Assembly: GCA_049510745.1 (NCBI GenBank) | Contig: JBEKYR010000007.1 | Coordinates: 64,001 to 128,000, forward strand | Direction of reading: 5' to 3' | DNA length: 64,000 nucleotides | Source of the DNA: Verrucomicrobiota bacterium | GTDB taxonomy: Bacteria > Verrucomicrobiota > Verrucomicrobiia > Limisphaerales > Palsa-1400 | In this document: piece after piece, positions 59,344 to 64,000 of the stretch | How positions within the stretch are numbered: the stretch's first letter is position 1 | Layout of the letters: every line of letters begins with the position of its first letter | The notes under the pieces: generated by a model | Database searches by the model: none | What the model was told of the DNA's origin: nothing | What the model saw: the letters and a program-made list of their open reading frames with translations, nothing else | Translations under genes and position numbers: made by a program

Positions 59344-60651
59344 TTAGACGTCCTGGATTTTGCCGAGCAGGTACGTTTCGTAGGCGCTGAGGTCCAGCAA
59401 CCCGTGCCCCGAAAGATTGAACAGGATCACGCGCTTCTTTCCCGCCTCGCGCGCCTGCTCCGCTTCCGTGATCACCGCCGCGATGGCATGGGCCGATTCC
59501 GGCGCGGGCACGACGCCCTCGGTGCGCGCAAAGAGAGTCCCGGCCTCAAACACCCGGGTTTGGTGAATGGCCTGCGCCTCGATCAACCCCAGCTTGAGCG
59601 CATGGCTCACCATCGGAGACATCCCGTGATAGCGCAGCCCGCCCGCATGGATCGACGGCGGCATGAACTTGTGCCCCAGCGTGTACATCATCAGCAGGGG
59701 CGTCGTTTCCGCCGTGTCGCCAAAATCGTAGCGCAACTCGCCCTTCGTCAGCGACGGGCAGGCGGAGGGTTCCACGGCCACGATGCGATAATTCTTCTTG
59801 TCCTTGATCTTCCTTTGCAGGAAGGGGAAGGCCAGTCCCGAGAAATTGCTCCCGCCGCCCGCGCAGGCATAGATCGAATCCGGTTCCTCGCCCGCCATTT
59901 CCATCTGCCGGATCGCTTCCTGGCCGATGACCGTCTGGTGCAGGCAAACGTGGTTCAGCACGCTGCCCAGCGAATACTTGGTGTGCGGATGGGTCACCGT
60001 ATCCTCGATCGCTTCGCTGATGGCGATGCCCAGGCTCCCCGGACAATGCGGGTCTTCGGCCAGCAGTTTGCGCCCGAAGGTGGTCTGATCGCTGGGACTG
60101 GCATGAACCGTCGCCCCCCACGTGTGCATCAGCATCCGGCGATACGGCTTCTGCTGGTAGCTGACCTTGACCATATAGACGTTGCACTCCAGTCCAAACA
60201 ACTGGCAGGCCAGGGCGAGCGACGATCCCCATTGGCCCGCGCCCGTTTCCGTCGCCAGCCTCTTGGTGCCGGCGGCCTTGTTGAAGTAAGCCTGCGGCAC
60301 CGAAGTATTGGGCTTGTGGCTGCCCGCCGGACTGGTGCCTTCGTACTTGTAATAGATGTGCGCCGGCGTTTTGAGCGCCCGCTCCAGCCGCACCGCCCGC
60401 AACAGGGGCGTCGGACGCCACAGCGCATAGACCTCGCGCACCGGTTCCGGGATTTCGATCCACCGGTCCGGGCACATTTCCTGCCGCACCAGGTTCTCCG
60501 GGAAAATCTGCGTCATCATCTCCAGCGACACCGGCTGGCGCGTGCCCGGATGCAGCGGCGGCGGAAGCGGTTCGGGAAAATCGGCCAGCAGATTGTACCA
60601 TTGTTTGGGGATATCCGCCTGCGACAACAAGAATCGAGTGGTTTGGCTCAT
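59344..60651 (-). CDS. trpB2: TrpB2-type tryptophan synthase beta-like PLP enzyme
   Basis: [60 protein letters not shown]. Confidence 0.93.
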   Translation of the reverse strand: MSQTTRFLLSQADIPKQWYNLLADFPEPLPPPLHPGTRQPVSLEMMTQIFPENLVRQEMCPDRWIEIPEPVREVYALWRPTPLLRAVRLERALKTPAHIYYKYEGTSPAGSHKPNTSVPQAYFNKAAGTKRLATETGAGQWGSSLALACQLFGLECNVYMVKVSYQQKPYRRMLMHTWGATVHASPSDQTTFGRKLLAEDPHCPGSLGIAISEAIEDTVTHPHTKYSLGSVLNHVCLHQTVIGQEAIRQMEMAGEEPDSIYACAGGGSNFSGLAFPFLQRKIKDKKNYRIVAVEPSACPSLTKGELRYDFGDTAETTPLLMMYTLGHKFMPPSIHAGGLRYHGMSPMVSHALKLGLIEAQAIHQTRVFEAGTLFARTEGVVPAPESAHAIAAVITEAEQAREAGKKRVILFNLSGHGLLDLSAYETYLLGKIQDV

Positions 60652-60870
60652 AGAATCATGGGCATGCTTTGGTCCTGCTGAATCTCGTCAACATCATTCT
60701 GAGAATCTTGCCGGGACTATAATGGCCGGGCCGGGCCAGACTTCTCATATTTTGCCAATTCCTTTGCAGGAATTGCGGTCAACGACAGGAATCTGGAACA
60801 GCGCGCCGGGTGAGGGCCTGGCGGGCATCGACGTTGTAGCCGGGGTCGCGCAGACGCTGGAGTTTGCAGA

Positions 60871-61611
60871 TCAAGGCGCGGCGGCGCGCTTCCGGTATTC
60901 GTCCAGTATCGCCGCGGTGGCCGTGGCGCCGCAACGGCTCGCTCCCAGGTCGCGCGCGAGGATTAACCCGTCGAGGTTGCGCACGCCTCCGGCGGCTTTC
61001 ACCTGCACCCTTGGCGAACACGCCGCTCGCATCAGTTTCAGGTCCTCCGCCGTGGCGCCACGATAGCTGTATTTTCCGTCGGGCCCTTTGACGAAGCCGT
61101 AGCCGGTTGAGGTCTTCACCCAATCCGCGCCGGCCCGCTCGCTGATCTGGCAAAGCTTGCGCTTGAAGTCGCTGCTGCTCAGGCCGGCGCCGCCCTGGAT
61201 CAGATAATCGTTCTCAAAGATGACTTTTACCTTCGCGCCCCGCGCGTGCGCTTCGTCGCAAACGGCTTTGATGTCGCGCTCAACATAGTCCCAGTCGCCG
61301 CTCAATGCCTTGCCGACGTTGATCACCATGTCGATCTCGACCGCTCCGTCTTTGCAGGCCAACTCGGTTTCGTACCGTTTGGCTTCGGTGACACTGTTGC
61401 CGTGCGGGAAGCCGATGACGCAACCAACCCGGACGTCCGTGCCTTTGAGCAGTTCCACGGCGCGTTTGACGGCGTACGGTTTGATGCAGACTGCCGCCAC
61501 GCCGTATTTCGCGGCGAGCTGGCAGCCCTCCTCCAACTCCTGGTCCGTCATCGCCGGATGCAGGAGCGAGTGGTCTATCATCTTGGCCAGTTGTTCGTAC
61601 GTATATTTCAT
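60871..61611 (-). CDS. deoC: Deoxyribose-phosphate aldolase
   Basis: IDHSLL, IGFPHG, EIDMVIN, KVIFE, VKTSTG, VKAAGGVR, G.SR.G. Confidence 0.92.
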   Translation of the reverse strand: MKYTYEQLAKMIDHSLLHPAMTDQELEEGCQLAAKYGVAAVCIKPYAVKRAVELLKGTDVRVGCVIGFPHGNSVTEAKRYETELACKDGAVEIDMVINVGKALSGDWDYVERDIKAVCDEAHARGAKVKVIFENDYLIQGGAGLSSSDFKRKLCQISERAGADWVKTSTGYGFVKGPDGKYSYRGATAEDLKLMRAACSPRVQVKAAGGVRNLDGLILARDLGASRCGATATAAILDEYRKRAAAP

Positions 61612-61687
61612 AGATGCTCTGCTGCGGCACGAACCGGTCAGGTTTGGTCCGCGTCGCTGCCCCTCGCTGGCGTGGAGGGAGCCGGAC

Positions 61688-63205
61688 TCATTTGGCGACG
61701 GCGAACACAACGTCTTTTCCTTCCACCCCGCCGTCGTCCTTGCCGTCGCGCCCGACGCTGTAAACGACGTAGCCTTGCCCGCGCGTCGCGTAGCGGAGCG
61801 GTTGCTCGTCGTGCGGATCGATCGGAACGGCCGCGAGGTAGCTGGAACAAAGGTCACCCAGAACGGCGGGCAATCGGCCGCCGTTGGCCGCCCGAAAGCG
61901 TTCCACCGCCACCGCCGCCTGCGCGACGCGCACGGAGTCGAGACCGCGTATGCCGTGTTGGAGCTCTGGGCCGAAATTGGGCAGTAAAGAACTGGCCAAG
62001 ATGAGCTTTTGCTCTTTTGCCTCTTTTAGCATGCGCTCGCATTCCGCCGTGGCCTGCTGGCGCTGCGCCAGGAGCTTCCGGCTCACGTCAACCTGATACT
62101 TCCAGAAATCCAGGGCGAAATTCAAGTCGCGGTTGCCGGTGCGGCGCATGGTTTCCAGGTACGCCCTGATCTTGGGATCCATATCGCCAAGCCCCTGCGC
62201 CAGTTGCTCCGGTGGCAGTTGCAGCTTGTCAAGAGACATCGCGCGCTCGCCGAGCAGGGCACAAGTCGTCCCGTTGGTGTCCTCAGCCAGCGCGAACGCC
62301 CGCTGCAAATCCGCAAGCTGCGCCGGCGACAGGGCGAGCCGGTTGACGACGCACTCGGCCGCATATTGGGCGAAGCCCAGGCCCGAGGCCCGCACCAGTT
62401 GCGAAATCATGATCGGCTCGGCTTCGAGTGAGCGCGCCAGGGCCAACCCCAGCCGCACGGCTTGGCACGCCCCCTCCGCATCCTTCTGGTCCGCCTGATA
62501 AACTGCGGACAACTGGGCCATTTGGGCGGCTTGCTTCACTTGGCTCACGTGCTTGAGTTTCATGCTCGGGCCTTCCCTGAAATCAAGCGGGTAGCGGCTC
62601 TTGGCGCAGCGCGCCCCTTGCTCGAACTTCTCCAGCGCCGGGCGGTTCCTGGCCAGGAAATCTCCGATGGCTTTTTTCGCTGCCGCGGGCAGCGGCTGTC
62701 CGGGCGGCGGCAGCTTGCCTTTGCCAATTAACGGCAAGTCCGCGGAGTTGGCGTCCTGCGCCGAGATCTGAACAAGCTCGAAACCTGCCAGGAAAAAATC
62801 CGCCGCATTCTCGCCTGCGGGCGGTTGCTCGTACCAAACATTGAGTTCCGCGCCGGAGGCAGGTTCGCCGGCTTTGCGAATGGCCTCCAGTTTGGCCTGG
62901 CACTGCGCGTTCACCGTTTTGGCCGCTGATTTTCCCCAAATAAGCACGCTGCCAACGGCCACCGCGGCCAGCAGGAGCAGGCTGCCGATAGCCAGAGCGG
63001 TGATGCGCGCCCAGGAACGGCGGCCGCCTGGTTCGCGGGCTGGCATCCCCGGGCGCGAGGTTGGCCCGGCCGACGCAGGCGCCGGCTCGCGCGGGATGAT
63101 AATTAGCTGGCCACAGGCAGGGCAACTGGTTTGCGAGCCGGCGCAGGCGGCGTCCACCGCCAGGTGCCTCCCGCAGTTGGGGCAGGCGAATTTCAGATCG
63201 CTCAT
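61688..63205 (-). CDS. Hypothetical protein: zinc ribbon, TM segment, helical domain, GspG-like C-terminal motif
   Basis: CPNC...CPAC; TM segment; VP.DP....LRY...VYSVG.DG.DDGG. Confidence 0.75.
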   Translation of the reverse strand: MSDLKFACPNCGRHLAVDAACAGSQTSCPACGQLIIIPREPAPASAGPTSRPGMPAREPGGRRSWARITALAIGSLLLLAAVAVGSVLIWGKSAAKTVNAQCQAKLEAIRKAGEPASGAELNVWYEQPPAGENAADFFLAGFELVQISAQDANSADLPLIGKGKLPPPGQPLPAAAKKAIGDFLARNRPALEKFEQGARCAKSRYPLDFREGPSMKLKHVSQVKQAAQMAQLSAVYQADQKDAEGACQAVRLGLALARSLEAEPIMISQLVRASGLGFAQYAAECVVNRLALSPAQLADLQRAFALAEDTNGTTCALLGERAMSLDKLQLPPEQLAQGLGDMDPKIRAYLETMRRTGNRDLNFALDFWKYQVDVSRKLLAQRQQATAECERMLKEAKEQKLILASSLLPNFGPELQHGIRGLDSVRVAQAAVAVERFRAANGGRLPAVLGDLCSSYLAAVPIDPHDEQPLRYATRGQGYVVYSVGRDGKDDGGVEGKDVVFAVAK

Positions 63206-63332
63206 AGTTCAGTCAGGGACCTGATTTCGGTTCTCTTGCGCGTCAAGCAGAACAGCAATGCGGTCGCATGTCAATGCGTTTTCCAATGCCACTGCTTGCC
63301 TTTTGGCGGGGCGCGCTTTACCCTTCTCCACC

Positions 63333-64000
63333 ATGAACACCCGCACCCGCCGAAACCTATTACTGACAATGTGCGCTCTTCTTTCATCGGGAATTCTCTC
63401 CGTCCGCTCCCAGGACGCTGCGCTGGGCGACTTTGAAGCGCAGGACGACATCGGCTCGCCCAAGCTGGCCGGCTCGGCCGGCTACGACCCCGCCCGCCAG
63501 GAATACACCCTGGCCGGCGCGGGCACCAACCTCTGGTTCACCACCGACCAGTTCCATTTTCTGTGGAGGAAGATGAAGGGGGATTTCATTCTGCGCGCGC
63601 GGATTGAATTCGTCGGCAAAGGCGCCGTCGCCCACAGAAAAGCCGGCTGGATGGTGCGCCCGAGCCTCGAGACGGGCGCGCCCTACGCGGACGCCGCGGA
63701 GCACGGGGACGGCCTGACCTCCCTGCAGTTCCGCCGCGCCGCGGGCAGCAACACCGAACAAATCGTGCTCAACGTCAGCAACGCGAACGTACTGCAATTC
63801 GAGCGCCGGGGAAAAACTTATATTTTCTCGGCGGCGCGTTACGGGGAGCCGTTGGTCAGCGGGCAACTCACCAATTTTGATTTGGGCGACGAAGTGTACG
63901 CCGGGCTGTTCATTTGCTCGCATACGGCGGACGCGGTGGAGAAGGCCGTTTTCCGCGACGTGCGCCTCATCCGGCCCGCCCCGGAAGGGTTTGTGCCGTA
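63333..64000 (+). CDS. Exported protein with a ConA/beta-sandwich-like N-domain, as in TolB-like PD40 proteins (3' truncated)
   Basis: Own translation: MNTRTRRNLLLTMCALL...G.F..Q.DIG.P..AGS..YD....YTL.G.G.N.W...D.FHF.W....GDF...HRKAGWM.R...HGDGLTSLQFR. Absent from the ORF track because no stop occurs in the window. Confidence 0.75.
   Translation, partial: MNTRTRRNLLLTMCALLSSGILSVRSQDAALGDFEAQDDIGSPKLAGSAGYDPARQEYTLAGAGTNLWFTTDQFHFLWRKMKGDFILRARIEFVGKGAVAHRKAGWMVRPSLETGAPYADAAEHGDGLTSLQFRRAAGSNTEQIVLNVSNANVLQFERRGKTYIFSAARYGEPLVSGQLTNFDLGDEVYAGLFICSHTADAVEKAVFRDVRLIRPAPEGFVP

Noticed and set aside
60757..60774. AATTCCTTTGCAGGAATT palindrome upstream of trpB2 as a Trp attenuator
   Set aside because: I found no Trp-codon leader peptide or T-box features; it could be an operator, but that is unsupported.

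Overview
This is high-GC bacterial chromosomal DNA. The gene repertoire and style suggest Verrucomicrobiota (Pedosphaera/Limisphaerales-like); that assignment is an inference from the H-X-DG-type prepilin, the GloVer-repeat and NHL/Ig secreted proteins with 'xFY/FR' C-termini, and futalosine-pathway mqnC. Most genes are housekeeping: obgE, ychF, PIN-PhoH, PNP, speA, mqnC, modABC, mbfA, lipoate ligase plus aceEF-lpdA, lnt, TolC, MFS, M16 peptidase, a PAS kinase/HD-GYP regulator pair, trpB2 and deoC. Accessory pieces include a VapBC module and a C-R/M restriction-modification-like cassette. The most notable sequence-level observations are: (1) a 1362-bp transposase-free cassette (42989-44350) with IS1-like terminal inverted repeats and an exact 8-bp target-site duplication, carrying an unknown low-GC membrane-protein gene; (2) a structured leader with a 44-codon uORF and mutually exclusive terminator/antiterminator helices ahead of an MFS exporter; (3) two sigma-54-type promoters, one for a pilin-like gene and one for an unannotated 42-aa membrane microprotein; (4) a secreted protein with a ~900-residue 36-aa-periodic E/K/A rod linking three apparently homologous beta domains; (5) several apparent pseudo-enzymes (P-loop-less YchF paralog, DxD-less OLD-like ATPase, HtrA lacking catalytic residues, YD-GYP regulator); and (6) a TAATCT/AGATTA palindromic intergenic repeat family. 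No rRNA, tRNA or CRISPR array was seen. All calls come from manual reading; no searches were run.
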